Shown here in pieces: positions 50,676-63,221 of a stretch of DNA of 64,000 nucleotides. The stretch is from an uncultured Nitrospiraceae bacterium (GTDB lineage Bacteria; Nitrospirota; Nitrospiria; Nitrospirales; Nitrospiraceae). Position 1 is the first letter of the stretch. Each line of letters opens with the position of its first letter. The notes below the pieces were generated by a model. The model ran no database searches and was not told where the DNA came from. It saw only the letters and a list, made by a program, of their open reading frames with translations. Both the position numbers and the translations under genes were made by a program. Where the stretch lies: NCBI GenBank assembly GCA_963730935.1, contig CAVSTP010000003.1, forward strand, positions 512,001-576,000. Direction: 5' to 3'.

Positions 50676-50853
50676 AATTCACCGCGAGTAGCCTGTCCCG
50701 ATGTTTGTCCCATCAGAGCTGAGGCTTGGTCTCGGTTGACTTCTCGCCAACGGACACGTAGAACAAAGGCCCTGGCATCCTTGCCCGCCCTGGCTCGAGT
50801 CATCCTGCCTGCGCGTTCATCACCCGATCTGAGAACCAGTTCGCCATCATCTT

Positions 50854-52680
50854 ATGCCACCGACCATGCTGCTCAGTTGTGAGTCCATTAGCAAGAGTTA
50901 CGGGGTGAAACCGCTTTTCTCCGACCTGTCGCTCGGGCTCTGTGAAGGTGATCACGTCGGGCTGATCGGTCCCAACGGATCCGGCAAGTCGACGTTGCTC
51001 AAAATACTGGCCGGCCTTGATGAGCCGGATCGCGGGAGCCGGTCAATTCGGCGCCAAGTCCGCATTGGCTATGTCCCCCAAGAACCGTCGTTTTCCACGT
51101 CTCACACGGTCGAGGAAGCGCTCACCCAAGTTCTCCTCGATGGTGGTCTGGACCCCCATGAGCACGGCGGCCGAATGGCCAAGGCCCTCAGCCTCGGAGG
51201 CTTCATAGCCGTCGACCAGTCCGTCGCTACCCTCTCCGGAGGTTGGAAGAAGCGTCTGGCGATCACGCAGTCGTTGATGCTGGAACCAGACGTGTTGCTG
51301 ATGGATGAACCGACCAATCATCTGGACGTTGAGGGAATACTCTGGTTGGAAAAAGTGTTGCAAGCCGAACCCCATGCGTTTCTCGTCGTCAGCCATGACC
51401 GGCGGTTTCTGGAATCGGTGGCCTCCCGCATCTGGGAATTAAACCGCTGTTATCCAAACGGCGTGTTTCAAGCGAACGGCCGGTATAGTGATTTTTTGGA
51501 ACAGCGCGATGCGGCACTGCAGGCGCAGGCCGATTATCAATCCTCCCTGGCAAATCGTGTGCGGCGCGAAGTGGAATGGCTCCGCCGCGGGCCCAAGGCC
51601 CGAACGACGAAAGCCAAAGCGCGTGTAGACGCAGCCGGGCGCCTGATTGACGAGTTGCAGACCATCGAATCCCGTCAGGCACAGAGTACCGCAGGGATCG
51701 ACTTTACGGCGTCCGGGCGAAAGTCCAAACGGCTTCTGGCGGCTGCCAGGCTCGGCAAATCGCTTGGCGGGAAGCCGATCATCAGGGATCTCGACTTGCA
51801 GGTTGGCCCCGGCGAACGAATCGGGCTTCTTGGCCCCAACGGTAGCGGGAAGACCACTCTTCTGAAGTTGCTGGCCGGAACTCTGCAACCGGATACCGGA
51901 ACCATCACCTGCGCCGACCGGCTGCGCGTCGTCACCTTCGAGCAACACCGCGAATCACTGGATCAGCAAGCCACACTACGGCGCTCTCTTGCACCCTCGG
52001 GCGACGCCGTCGTCTATCAAGACCGGTCCGTCCATGTGATCTCATGGGCGAAGCGTTTCCTGTTCAAACCGGAGCAACTGGATCTACCGGTCTCCCGCCT
52101 GTCCGGCGGGGAGCAGGCCCGATTGCTCATCGCACAGCTGATGCTCCAGCCGGCCGATCTGCTGATTCTGGACGAGCCAACGAACGATTTGGATATTCCT
52201 ACGCTCGACGTGCTCGAGGACAGCCTGTTGGAATTCACGGGAGCGCTTGTCCTCGTGACGCACGACCGGTGGTTGCTGGACCGTATCTCCACGCGGCTCC
52301 TCGCACTAGACGGCACGGGCCGCGTCGAGTGGTTTGCCGACTATGCCCAATGGGAAGCCTCACAAGTGCGGAATGCCGGAGATGCTAGTCGGTCCGCGGC
52401 TGCACTTGCCGGCACGGTGAAGAATTCTTCCAAACGGAAAGGGTTGTCCTACCGCGAACAACAGGAGTGGGACAAGATCGAGGAGCAGATTCTCAAGGCC
52501 GAGAAAGCCGTAACGAGCTGTCAGGCGGCAGCGAACGATCCAGCTATCGCTTCCTGCGCGGAAGCCCTCCATGAACGGTACAACGCGCTTCAAGCTGCGC
52601 AGGCCGAAGTCGAACGTCTCTACGCACGCTGGACCGAACTCGATGAGAAACGTACCAAGACTGTGAACAGCGCGCAATAG
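50854..52680 (+). CDS. uup: ABC-F family ATPase (Uup-like)
   Basis: Two ABC domains, linker EVEWLRRGPKARTTKAKAR, C-terminal LSYREQQEW coiled coil. Confidence 0.88.
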   Translation: MPPTMLLSCESISKSYGVKPLFSDLSLGLCEGDHVGLIGPNGSGKSTLLKILAGLDEPDRGSRSIRRQVRIGYVPQEPSFSTSHTVEEALTQVLLDGGLDPHEHGGRMAKALSLGGFIAVDQSVATLSGGWKKRLAITQSLMLEPDVLLMDEPTNHLDVEGILWLEKVLQAEPHAFLVVSHDRRFLESVASRIWELNRCYPNGVFQANGRYSDFLEQRDAALQAQADYQSSLANRVRREVEWLRRGPKARTTKAKARVDAAGRLIDELQTIESRQAQSTAGIDFTASGRKSKRLLAAARLGKSLGGKPIIRDLDLQVGPGERIGLLGPNGSGKTTLLKLLAGTLQPDTGTITCADRLRVVTFEQHRESLDQQATLRRSLAPSGDAVVYQDRSVHVISWAKRFLFKPEQLDLPVSRLSGGEQARLLIAQLMLQPADLLILDEPTNDLDIPTLDVLEDSLLEFTGALVLVTHDRWLLDRISTRLLALDGTGRVEWFADYAQWEASQVRNAGDASRSAAALAGTVKNSSKRKGLSYREQQEWDKIEEQILKAEKAVTSCQAAANDPAIASCAEALHERYNALQAAQAEVERLYARWTELDEKRTKTVNSAQ

Positions 52681-53054
52681 CACTCGGCAATCGACCTGCA
52701 AGGCTGCCGCTCATTCCGAACGCCGCGCTAGATGCCGAGGCTTTGAGAAACGTTATAACGGAAGGTGCTTGAGATCAGGCGGCGACGTTTGATTGTGGCT
52801 TCTCAGACGTGTCCTTGCCTTCGGTATTGTCTCTCAAGCGGTGTGCCTGACGAAACTCGGCCAAGGCCTTCGGTCCGAGGAAGAAAAAACCAATCACACA
52901 TGCCGCCAATGTTATGAGTTTTAGCATTAGAGGGTGTCCTGTACGAGAGTGCCTAGCCGAAATCTAGCTCCATCATCCACATCCGGTCGCCTCGGAACCT
53001 CTCTAGCAAACAAGTCGTGTAAAATCCTTCGTAAGAAGCCGGCGTCTCCAGCAT

Positions 53055-53531
53055 CTAGAACGTTTCTCCAGCTGTCTCAACGGCCAGGATGGCAGCCTGG
53101 CGCGCCTGTTCGAGACCGGCACGAGCCAGTGCGTCCACACGTTCGTTATCCGTGTGACCTGAATGTCCTCTGACCCAATGCCATTCGAGCGTGTGACCAA
53201 CGGTCAACGCATCGAGACGACGCCACAGATCCTCATTCTTGACGGGCTCATTGCTCGCTGTTTTCCAGCCGCGTCGCTTCCAATTATGAATCCAGATGCT
53301 GATACCCTTCTGCACGTACTGGGAATCGGTATAGATTCGCGCCTCGACCGGATGCCTGAGACTTTGCAAGGCCTCAATGACGGCACGCAGCTCCATGCGA
53401 TTGTTGGTCGTCGCCGGCTCACCTCCGAACAGCTCCGTCTCGATGCTCTCCACGCGTAGTAAGACGCCCCAACCGCCAATTCCTGGATTTCCACAACAGG
53501 CACCGTCCGTATAGATTTCAATCCTGTCCAC
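53055..53531 (-). CDS. rnhA: Ribonuclease HI
   Basis: [46 protein letters not shown]. Confidence 0.96.
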   Translation of the reverse strand: MDRIEIYTDGACCGNPGIGGWGVLLRVESIETELFGGEPATTNNRMELRAVIEALQSLRHPVEARIYTDSQYVQKGISIWIHNWKRRGWKTASNEPVKNEDLWRRLDALTVGHTLEWHWVRGHSGHTDNERVDALARAGLEQARQAAILAVETAGETF

Positions 53532-53586
53532 GTTTTCTTATGTGCTCCGCTTAAAGGAATCAGGGCTCACTACGGTCTATGTGGGC

Positions 53587-53913
53587 TCACGGCTCTCCGA
53601 TCGCTTGAATGCAGCTCGAACCAACCAACAAGATGTAGAAATTGGTGATCTGAAGGGTGCGTATTCGCTTAATAGGCGTTCGATCATTGAGTTTTATCCG
53701 CGAGCGGAACTCGCCAACGTCTCCCATTGGCCTGCCGTCTTTTTGCGCACCTTCGATGGTGTTCGTGCCGAGCCCCATACCGAGCACAATAGGGGTGCAG
53801 TCTTCTCCCATCAGCACGCCTTTGACGTCGGCATTGCTCGGCTGTAGCTCGGTGGTGATATTGATGCAACCTGACAGGAGCAGCGTGAACAGGAAGACGA
53901 ACACAAGCTGCAT
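53587..53913 (-). CDS. Small lipoprotein (TRL-like)
   Basis: Lipobox LLSGC; GEDC..VLG and C-terminal CIQAIG. Confidence 0.65.
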   Translation of the reverse strand: MQLVFVFLFTLLLSGCINITTELQPSNADVKGVLMGEDCTPIVLGMGLGTNTIEGAQKDGRPMGDVGEFRSRIKLNDRTPIKRIRTLQITNFYILLVGSSCIQAIGEP

Positions 53914-54330
53914 CGGACGGACTCCTTCTTGAATGTGGGAACATGAAAAAGCCAGACAGGCTACCGGTGCGGGAAGGGGTGTGTCAATCGTGATAGAGGC
54001 AACAGGAGTATTAATGTTGTTATCCCGACGCTAGAGAGAGCAGTGCATAGGAATGCGAGCATGAATCGCATCAGTTTCTGGCTCCGTTCTTGAATGCTCT
54101 TCCCCGCGACTTGCGAAGACTCATATCATACAGGCGCTCGCCCAGAGACGTTTCCTCCAGCGTCAATGAGTGATTCGGCCTTCTCCTTAGCCATAGCTAT
54201 CAATTTTCGGCGTGAGGTATGAAAATACGGCCGCTGGATCGCCTGGATTCGGATGCCATATCGAGCGCAGCTCTGCTTGAGGTGCAGTGATATGTAAAGC
54301 ACCGCCCGCCCACATGGAATGGAGGGAGAC

Positions 54331-55314
54331 ATGAAATCTCTCATTGCAGGTTTACTCTTCTTCATCACTCTCATTCAGGGATGTTCCACTCTCTCAGAGG
54401 GGCGGGGAACGCCTGCATCTACGAACACGTACTACGAACGCCGATGCAGTTCCGGGGTTCTGTTGGAGCCGCTCGATGCCGAAGCGCAGCTGTCGCCCGA
54501 GCGCCTGGCATTGTTGAGAGGGCAGTTCTCCATCACGGCATTTGAGACCGCGGCCGCGCTTGGAGTGGTTCCTTTTCTGGATCACCTCTTAACTCTCGAG
54601 ACCCAAGTAGGTCCACGTGGAGAAGGGCCGGCGCTCGAGTATGTTCGGGAACGCCGGCATATCACAGATCGCATTACGTTAGGAATTCTGGACGTATCGA
54701 GTGTTGCCGTCGAGGCGGGGTGCGAGCAAGGCCGCGCGACCTTGTTGGCCGAGCACTTGCAAAAGTCGCTCGACAAGCGCCAGAACGTCTATACCATCCT
54801 CGGTTTGGTCGGCAGCGGTGTCCTTACAGTCATCAGCGGAGCCATCGGGGTAGGGGCTTCCAGCATCGGCGTCTTGAACACGGCGAATGTTGCCACGGTG
54901 ATCGGCGGAGCCAGCGAGCTCATTTTTGGATCAGCCGCGTTGATTGACACGACCGGAACTGAGGAACTTCATCACGAGCGCAATCTTCTAAAAGACATTT
55001 GGACCGGAGAGAACAGCACCTTTGTCCCCGCCGTCTGGTCCTTCCTGAACACCCGATTGACGGACGAGCCGGCTCAGCCGACCTTGCGAGAAACCCTGAT
55101 TATGAGGTGGCGAGAAGAGGGCCGCCTTGGTCCACCAGGGTCGGAGGACGAACAGCACCGGATCGACCTCTTTTTTGGAAAGGGAGGCCGTTACACGATC
55201 GATGAGCTCCGAGCGAGAGCGGCGATGCTCGATCTCCTCGAGATCGATATCAGTCTGATGCACCAAGGAATGAACCGACTGATCCGGGAGCTCTTGAGGC
55301 GAGACAAGGTCTAG
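54331..55314 (+). CDS. Hypothetical lipoprotein with central hydrophobic hairpin
   Basis: RBS ggaggga; lipobox-like IQGC; long ORF. Confidence 0.7.
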   Translation: MKSLIAGLLFFITLIQGCSTLSEGRGTPASTNTYYERRCSSGVLLEPLDAEAQLSPERLALLRGQFSITAFETAAALGVVPFLDHLLTLETQVGPRGEGPALEYVRERRHITDRITLGILDVSSVAVEAGCEQGRATLLAEHLQKSLDKRQNVYTILGLVGSGVLTVISGAIGVGASSIGVLNTANVATVIGGASELIFGSAALIDTTGTEELHHERNLLKDIWTGENSTFVPAVWSFLNTRLTDEPAQPTLRETLIMRWREEGRLGPPGSEDEQHRIDLFFGKGGRYTIDELRARAAMLDLLEIDISLMHQGMNRLIRELLRRDKV

Positions 55315-55594
55315 CTGACGGTCCTTCCGAGCTTGCGTGTACTTCCCGTCCCTTCGGGCAGGTCAGAGACGGATGTCTTGCCTGCGATTTTAGCGAAGGC
55401 GAGGGGTACCGTCGACTCGGCCGGCGACTTTGACGGTTGGCATGGTGGTGGACTTCGGTCGCTTTAGCGACGGCTCTGTATGTCAGATGGTCCGTTGACG
55501 AACGTCACAATGGACCGAGTTTACAGAGCCGAGGCGTCTAGTGACCATGCGTTTTCAACCGTCGCGGAGCCGGCGCACCGAATCCCTGCAAGCC

Positions 55595-57868
55595 TCACAA
55601 CTTTCCAAACGTCCTCTCCCAAAACTCCCTCACCTTCCCCATATGCTCTTCAACATCTGTCTTCAAATGCCTCGCTCCCGCCTGCCAGTCGTCGGTGGTG
55701 TAGCCGACGCGGCGCGCCAGAAAGATAAACTCGTCTGAATCGGCGGGCGGAAGGACCAAGTCCTTGGCATGGCCTCGCACCATGCGTAGTCCGTCGATCA
55801 GCATCCGGATAAACAGGTACGCCTTTCGGAGATTCTCGCCGTTCTGCCGGCTGACAATCCCGCACTCAACAAGTCCCGCAAGCGCCTGCATAGCGTTCGG
55901 CGTGCGCAGCACCGCATGACGGTGCCCGTGCATGAGCTGGAGGTATTGAATGGCGTATTCGATGTCGACGACCCCTCCGGGACTGAGCTTGGCGTTCACA
56001 GTGCCGCGCTCGACGAGTTGTTTGAGTTGTTGCCGGCGCAGGTCGAGGGCGGAGGCCACATCCCACGGCGCCGCGCTATAGACATACCGGTCCCGATGGA
56101 CTTCGACCTGTTTCCCGAGGGCGGCATCGCCGGCGACGTGGCGGAGCTTGATCATGGCCTGCCGTTCGAACGGCACGGCGAGTCCTTGCTCACTGTAATA
56201 CGCGGTGATTTCGTCCAAAGGATTGGCCAGAAAGCCTTTGCTCCCGTGGGGACGCAGACGGACGTCGAGATGAAAGATGCCTTCCTGCTTGGCCTCGATC
56301 CACTGCAGCAACTCCTGCGTGAGCCGCTCGAAGTATTCGCTGTTCTCGATGCCGGCTTTGCCGTTGGTACGGCCGGCGCCGCCGTAGACGAACAGGACTT
56401 CGATATCAGACGCATAGCCCAACTCCCGGCCGCCGAACTTGCCCGCGCCCATCACGGCAAAGGAGCAGGGCTTGCCGTTCGTCAACCGGGGGGCGCCGTA
56501 CATCTTGTTGAGTTTCGCCTGGCAGTCTTTCAGGCTGCGTTCGACGATCACTTCGGCTAACTGAGTCAGGGCGAGGGAGAAGTCGGCGAGGCTCGTGTCG
56601 GGCTCGACGATGTGCTTCATGTCGATGCGGAACAGTTCCTGATCCTTGAAGCGATTCAGCGCGTCTTTCCGTCCAGCGTCATCTTTGGCTCGGTCCACGA
56701 CGCGGTCGAGCGCCTTGCGGAGCGCCGCGCGCGGCGTGATGAGAGGCGCGTCACGATAGTCGTGAAGCAGCGGCAGGAGGTGATCATGCTGACGGCGGAG
56801 AAAGTCTTCCCAGAGAAAATCGCTGGCGCCGAGGAGCCGGGCCAAGAGCGGAAACGTTTTCTTGTCGCTTAGAAAGGCCAGGGCTTCCTCACGAGCCTTG
56901 CCCTTCGTCTCCTGAACGGTGAGATCGAGAAATTGGTCAAAGGCTTCCAGGGCCTTGGTCGGGTCCGGCGCCCAGGTGAGGGCGTGGGTGAACTGCTTGA
57001 TGAGGACAGCCGTCAACCGCAACTGCTGCTGCTCAGCCGGGTCGGTCAGTTTCTGGCCGTAACGGTTACGTACGGCAAACCGGTCATGCAGCTTGCCGCC
57101 GTCGAGGTCGATGCGGGCTGTCGTGATATACACGTTTCTCATCGCAAGCGCATTGGCGAAGGCATAGAGGAAGGCGGGCGTATCGTCCGAGCGGATGTCC
57201 ATGATCGTGTCGGTCGGCGATTGGCTGTTGTCGAACCCAATTTGGACCGGATGCAGCAAGCCGCTGAATGAGCCTCGCCGCTTGCCCAGATGTTCTACCA
57301 GGTGACGATTCACCGCATGCCGGGCTTCCTCGGACTTGCCTTCGTCCAGCAGGCCGATCAACGTACGGAGTTCGCCTTTGAAGCGCACTTGATCGTCCGG
57401 TGTGAAGGAGGCGTCGCCGACCGGTTGCACGCGAAAAACGTCCACAATCTTTTTCCGGCTCAAGCCGGGACGCTGCTTGGGGCGTTGGCGCGGACCTTCG
57501 CTGTAGGCGGGCCTCGTGGACGGGCTGGAAACCGCCCCCTCACTGAATGTGTAGATCTGACCTTCCTCGATGTTCAGTCCGAATGCCGACAGGAGGCCAC
57601 AGATGGTGGCGAATTCTGCAAAGTAATCGTAGGCGACGACCGTCAGCTCGAAGTGGCCGTTGCGAAATTCGGACACGGAGCACTCGGATAGATGATCCGG
57701 CGTCAATACCGCTGCCAACCGGACATGCTGTGCGATCGTAGGGAGGGGGATGTGGCGGAAATACTCCCCGTCCATCCGGGTGACAAAATCACGAAGAATA
57801 TCCGGCGGGACGTCCGTAGAGAGGGGACTGAGGGCCTGAAGCAACTCTTCACGGTCCGAATTGGCCAT
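55595..57868 (-). CDS. ACT-ACT-GlnE adenylyltransferase-domain fusion protein
   Basis: GlnD-type ACT domains (ELTVVAYDYFAEFATICGLL..LNIEEGQI; FDNSQSPTDTIMDIRSDDTPAFLY), then GKFGGRELGYASDIE, DVRLRPHGSKG, KLSPGGVVDIEY. Confidence 0.85.
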   Translation of the reverse strand: MANSDREELLQALSPLSTDVPPDILRDFVTRMDGEYFRHIPLPTIAQHVRLAAVLTPDHLSECSVSEFRNGHFELTVVAYDYFAEFATICGLLSAFGLNIEEGQIYTFSEGAVSSPSTRPAYSEGPRQRPKQRPGLSRKKIVDVFRVQPVGDASFTPDDQVRFKGELRTLIGLLDEGKSEEARHAVNRHLVEHLGKRRGSFSGLLHPVQIGFDNSQSPTDTIMDIRSDDTPAFLYAFANALAMRNVYITTARIDLDGGKLHDRFAVRNRYGQKLTDPAEQQQLRLTAVLIKQFTHALTWAPDPTKALEAFDQFLDLTVQETKGKAREEALAFLSDKKTFPLLARLLGASDFLWEDFLRRQHDHLLPLLHDYRDAPLITPRAALRKALDRVVDRAKDDAGRKDALNRFKDQELFRIDMKHIVEPDTSLADFSLALTQLAEVIVERSLKDCQAKLNKMYGAPRLTNGKPCSFAVMGAGKFGGRELGYASDIEVLFVYGGAGRTNGKAGIENSEYFERLTQELLQWIEAKQEGIFHLDVRLRPHGSKGFLANPLDEITAYYSEQGLAVPFERQAMIKLRHVAGDAALGKQVEVHRDRYVYSAAPWDVASALDLRRQQLKQLVERGTVNAKLSPGGVVDIEYAIQYLQLMHGHRHAVLRTPNAMQALAGLVECGIVSRQNGENLRKAYLFIRMLIDGLRMVRGHAKDLVLPPADSDEFIFLARRVGYTTDDWQAGARHLKTDVEEHMGKVREFWERTFGKL

Positions 57869-57898
57869 TGGGCAGTCAGTATATCTCACGAGTGTTCA

Positions 57899-57927
57899 TT
57901 GTGCGCAATACAGGCTGACAGTATAAT
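57899..57927 (+). promoter_or_regulatory. Putative sigma70 promoter of the + strand glnE-domain gene
   Basis: TTGTGC (57899-57904), 17 nt spacer, TATAAT (57922-57927). Confidence 0.5.
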
Positions 57928-57936
57928 GCCGCGCCG

Positions 57937-58103
57937 GCAGGATGTTGAAAAAGGTCGTCAGCTACGTTCTCGCATCGCTCAGCGGCTCGACATACGCACC
58001 CCGGAAAGAGCTGTTCCGGAAGCTCGGGGCGGGCGGGTGAGGAAGGTCTGCGTCACCGCTTCGCTCGCTGCGGCCTTACCGACGACCTTTTTGACCAGTC
58101 TGC
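57937..58103. repeat. MITE/REP-like element, family B, copy 3
   Basis: gcaggatgttgaaaaaggtcgtc ... gacgacctttttgaccagtctgc terminal inverted repeats. Confidence 0.75.
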
Positions 58104-58125
58104 GGGATATTGGTCTCATCAACTC

Positions 58126-59886
58126 ATGTTTGCCGAGGAGAGCTTGGGTACCAAAAAGGCATACCGTCGCCCGTTGAGCAAGCGAGAATCCTCGAAGTCG
58201 GCTCCGTTTCTAGTCCAACCTGCGATCGGAAAGCCCGACCCCACGCCGCTGTTGCTTGCGTCGGAACGCAATCCCCAGGAGGTACGCGGCATCCTGACGG
58301 CCTACGGAGTGACGGACGTCGAACAAGCGGATCGTAATCTCCAATCCATGGCCGGTCACCCGCACGAGCGCCATCAGCTCGTCGCCATCCTGCCGATGCT
58401 GATGGAGTCCATTGCGCGCACCGCCGATCCGGATCAGGCGCTGAACCATTGGGAGCGGCTTCTCGAGAACATGACGCGTTCCACCTTTCTCGACTATCTG
58501 CACAGCTCTCCGCGGATGCTCGACCTGTTATCCACCATTTTCGGCAACAGCGATTCACTCGCCTTCACGATCATCCGAGATCCCATGTTGGTCTATTGGT
58601 TGGCCGAAGAGGACGTGCTCTCCAAACCGTCGACGAGAGCCGGTCTCGAGCAGGCCATCCAAAAGCAATTGGCCCGTCTCACCGTGAAAGAGCTGAAACT
58701 GGCGGCGCTCCGCCGGTTTCGCCGGCGTGAGATGCTCCGCATCGGTGTGCGGGATCTGCTGCGGCTGGCGGACGTGTCCGAGACGACGGCATCCCTGTCG
58801 GATCTGGCCGCACTCCTGATTCATGCGGGCTATGAAATTGTTGATGCCGACCTGCGCCGGCAATACGGCCGGCCCATGCATAAGAGCCGGCAGGGGAAAT
58901 GGGTGGAGACGGGTTTCGCCGTCATAGGGATGGGAAAGCTCGGCGGGCACGAGCTGAACTACAGCTCGGATGTAGATCTGATCTTCGTCTACGCGTCTCA
59001 CGAAGGAGAAACCCGAGCGAGGCAAGCTGCCGCCAAGGCGGTGGCTGCCGGCATTGCGAATGAGGAGTATTTCGAGATCCTCTCGCGCGAACTCACCAAG
59101 GCCTTGAGCGAGCCGACCAAGGAAGGGTACGTCTTCCGTGTCGACCTGCGCCTTCGTGCGGAGGGATCGGTGGGACAACTCGCCCGGTCGTTGGATGACT
59201 ATCGAAGGTACTATCTGACACGGGGCCAGATCTGGGAGCGACTCGCCCTGCTCAAAGCCTGGCCGGTGGCCGGCTCTTCTGAAGTGGGCAAGGCGTTCTT
59301 AAGGGTGGTGGCGCCATTTGTGTTGGGACGAGGCAATGCCAATCCTGGCCTGGCCGGCGCCATGGCCGTCATCGACGATGTGCGAACGGTCAAAGAAATG
59401 ATCGATGCCAAGATGGCCGATCGGGGACATGAGCAGCGCAACGTCAAGCTTGGCACCGGCGGCATCAGGGAAATCGAATTCTTGGTGCAGACCATTCAAG
59501 TGCTGGCCGGTAGAGCCGTTCCGACATTGCTCGACCGAAGTACGCTTGGGTCGTTGAGGGCGTTTGCGGCGAAGAAACTGTTGCCGGCGAAGGAGCGCGA
59601 TGCCCTTTCGGCCGCCTATCTGTTCCTCCGGGACGTCGAACACAAGCTGCAGATGGTGCACGATCTGCAAACGCACTCGTTGCCGGATAGGGCTGAAGAA
59701 CTTGCGCACTGCGCGATTCGGATGGGATACGACACGAAAGATCGAGCGCGAGGTGTGACCCAGTTTCTGGCCGATCATCAATACCACACCGAACTCGTCA
59801 ATCGGACGTTCCGGGCCTTCTTTCATGAGCGCAAGACATCGCGCCTCCTGAAAAAAGTCCTGCAGTCGATCCGCGCTCGCCGCTGA
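58126..59886 (+). CDS. glnE: Single-domain GlnE protein (adenylyl-removase-like half)
   Basis: GMGKLGGHELNYSSDVDLIFVY, FRVDLRLRAEGSVG, WERLALLKA, NVKLGTGGIREIEF. Confidence 0.88.
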   Translation: MFAEESLGTKKAYRRPLSKRESSKSAPFLVQPAIGKPDPTPLLLASERNPQEVRGILTAYGVTDVEQADRNLQSMAGHPHERHQLVAILPMLMESIARTADPDQALNHWERLLENMTRSTFLDYLHSSPRMLDLLSTIFGNSDSLAFTIIRDPMLVYWLAEEDVLSKPSTRAGLEQAIQKQLARLTVKELKLAALRRFRRREMLRIGVRDLLRLADVSETTASLSDLAALLIHAGYEIVDADLRRQYGRPMHKSRQGKWVETGFAVIGMGKLGGHELNYSSDVDLIFVYASHEGETRARQAAAKAVAAGIANEEYFEILSRELTKALSEPTKEGYVFRVDLRLRAEGSVGQLARSLDDYRRYYLTRGQIWERLALLKAWPVAGSSEVGKAFLRVVAPFVLGRGNANPGLAGAMAVIDDVRTVKEMIDAKMADRGHEQRNVKLGTGGIREIEFLVQTIQVLAGRAVPTLLDRSTLGSLRAFAAKKLLPAKERDALSAAYLFLRDVEHKLQMVHDLQTHSLPDRAEELAHCAIRMGYDTKDRARGVTQFLADHQYHTELVNRTFRAFFHERKTSRLLKKVLQSIRARR

Positions 59887-59980
59887 GTATAAATCCCTCT
59901 TCCAGGACGCGCCTCGGTGTCTGGATCGCTCCTAGGAAATCAAGTTGGAGAATTCTGCCGTGATCGGATTCGTGTGGGTG

Positions 59981-60607
59981 TCAAAACCTATAGCCCACTT
60001 CGATGATGTACAGGTCCACACCCAGGGCATCAGAACCGTAGAGACCGGCATCGGAGAAGTGCTGAAGACGGAATCCCGCAAATGCGTGAGGGATTGGATG
60101 GATTTGCAGTCCAGTGGTTCCCACAATTTGGACGTGCCCCCCGAAGTCCTGTGTGCCGTATTTGTCCCGACCGAAGAACCCTAGTCCCAATCCTGCGTCA
60201 AGCGACACGAATCCATCCCAGCCGCTTAAGGCTATATTGGGTACAACAGTCGCTATGAACCCCGTGTCTCCTCCACCATAGAGGGCCCCCGCACTGGTGA
60301 TCAGTCTTGTCTCGACATTCCAAGGACTTTCACCAAGCGGCCATGACCAAGGAAGTCGGAAGGTGGCGGCTACGTCGAAAAGGTTAAAATTGTATGTCTG
60401 TTGTTTTCCCAAAAGGGGACTTTTCCCACTGAACCCATACCGTGGGCCGATGCTCAAGAGAGTGATATCCCCCGCAATGCTCTTTCCATCAATCAGGATG
60501 AACAGCCCCAGAATAGCGATTGTAGCAACCAGGGTGTGAAGGATGAATGAGTCGGAACCACCCAGCCTTGGCAGGTTGGCTTTCTTTAATCCAATGAAAG
60601 GCAGCAT
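59981..60607 (-). CDS. PagL-like lipid A 3-O-deacylase / acyloxyacyl hydrolase beta barrel (start uncertain)
   Basis: QDFGGHVQI, RLQHFSDAGLY..GVD, C-terminal VGYRF. Confidence 0.7.
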   Translation of the reverse strand: MLPFIGLKKANLPRLGGSDSFILHTLVATIAILGLFILIDGKSIAGDITLLSIGPRYGFSGKSPLLGKQQTYNFNLFDVAATFRLPWSWPLGESPWNVETRLITSAGALYGGGDTGFIATVVPNIALSGWDGFVSLDAGLGLGFFGRDKYGTQDFGGHVQIVGTTGLQIHPIPHAFAGFRLQHFSDAGLYGSDALGVDLYIIEVGYRF

Positions 60608-60732
60608 CGTTCCATCCTGCCACGAAAAGTGCAGAGATTTTTGTCCAAATAAGACGATGGTGTACCAGAGTATTAAGTTGGTCAAGCAGAAGTACGGAGC
60701 TAGTATCCCGGCGGAAACCTCATGCGTCGTCG

Positions 60733-61101
60733 CTATGAAGGGGAAGCATCCCCATACCGGAGGTCGCGCTCGCTGGAAAGCGAGAGATGCGTCTCGCCCC
60801 ATTGATGGGAACTGGCGAGACTCCACGGCTCTTCCATAGTAATCGGTTTGAACCGCAACCCGTACAGGCCGCCGTAGACAAGATAGGCCAGACCTGAACC
60901 GGAGTCTTCGACGAGTTGCCCATAGGCCGGACAGGGAGGCGACTCCACGTTGTCGCTCCATCCTGTCACCCAGTACCACTCGCCGGCGGAGTTTCGATCA
61001 TAGAGCCGCACTTGAATGACCGGCTTGGCGGGCCCAGCATCCTTGAACCGGGCGAAGACACCGTCTACGCAATTCTCGTTGGACTCGACTTCGATGATCA
61101 C
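60733..61101 (-). CDS. Hypothetical protein
   Basis: GTG start with aagga RBS; protein-like composition; downstream of the groEL terminator. Confidence 0.65.
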   Translation of the reverse strand: MIIEVESNENCVDGVFARFKDAGPAKPVIQVRLYDRNSAGEWYWVTGWSDNVESPPCPAYGQLVEDSGSGLAYLVYGGLYGLRFKPITMEEPWSLASSHQWGETHLSLSSERDLRYGDASPS

Positions 61102-61160
61102 GTCAGATCCTTGGAGGAGGTGATCTATTGTAGTCCCGGCGCCGCGGCGCAACAAACACG

Positions 61161-61190
61161 AAGGGCCCGGCGGTTGCCCGCCGAGCCCTT
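61161..61190 (-). terminator. Intrinsic terminator after groEL
   Basis: aagggcccggcgg-ttgc-ccgccgagccctt inverted repeat followed on the minus strand by cgtgtttgtt. Confidence 0.65.
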
Positions 61191-61234
61191 CAATGCGTTC
61201 ACCGAGCTCTCAGCGAGCTCGATCGCCGTCTTCT

Positions 61235-62890
<1,656 letters not shown>

Positions 62891-62921
62891 TTAAAGTCAG
62901 TCGTCTGGTGGTTGATTCAGA

Positions 62922-63221
62922 TTAGTTAGTAAAAACCCCGAGGATATCTTCTTCTTTGAGGATCAAGCACTCTTCGTCCTCGATCCGAAGCTTGCTGCCT
63001 GAATACTTATCAAACAGGACCTGATCGCCGACCTTGACGTTTTCCACCTTCTTGCCGACGGCTTGAACGATTCCCCGTTGGGGTTTTTCCTTGGCCGAGT
63101 CCGGCACATAGATCCCGCCTGACGTCCGATCCAATTCTTCAGTGTAGGTCACGAAAACCCTGTCGCCGAGGGGCTGGAAGCCCTTGGCCACGTTCTTCTT
63201 CTCCTTCGCCGCTGTGCTCAT
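62922..63221 (-). CDS. groS: Co-chaperonin GroES
   Basis: PLGDRV, TSGGIYVPDSAKEKP, VKVGDQVLF, EEDILG. Confidence 0.97.
   Translation of the reverse strand: MSTAAKEKKNVAKGFQPLGDRVFVTYTEELDRTSGGIYVPDSAKEKPQRGIVQAVGKKVENVKVGDQVLFDKYSGSKLRIEDEECLILKEEDILGVFTN

Noticed and set aside
52677..52701. CIRCE-like half site tagcactc after uup
   Set aside because: No matching right arm and no heat-shock gene downstream
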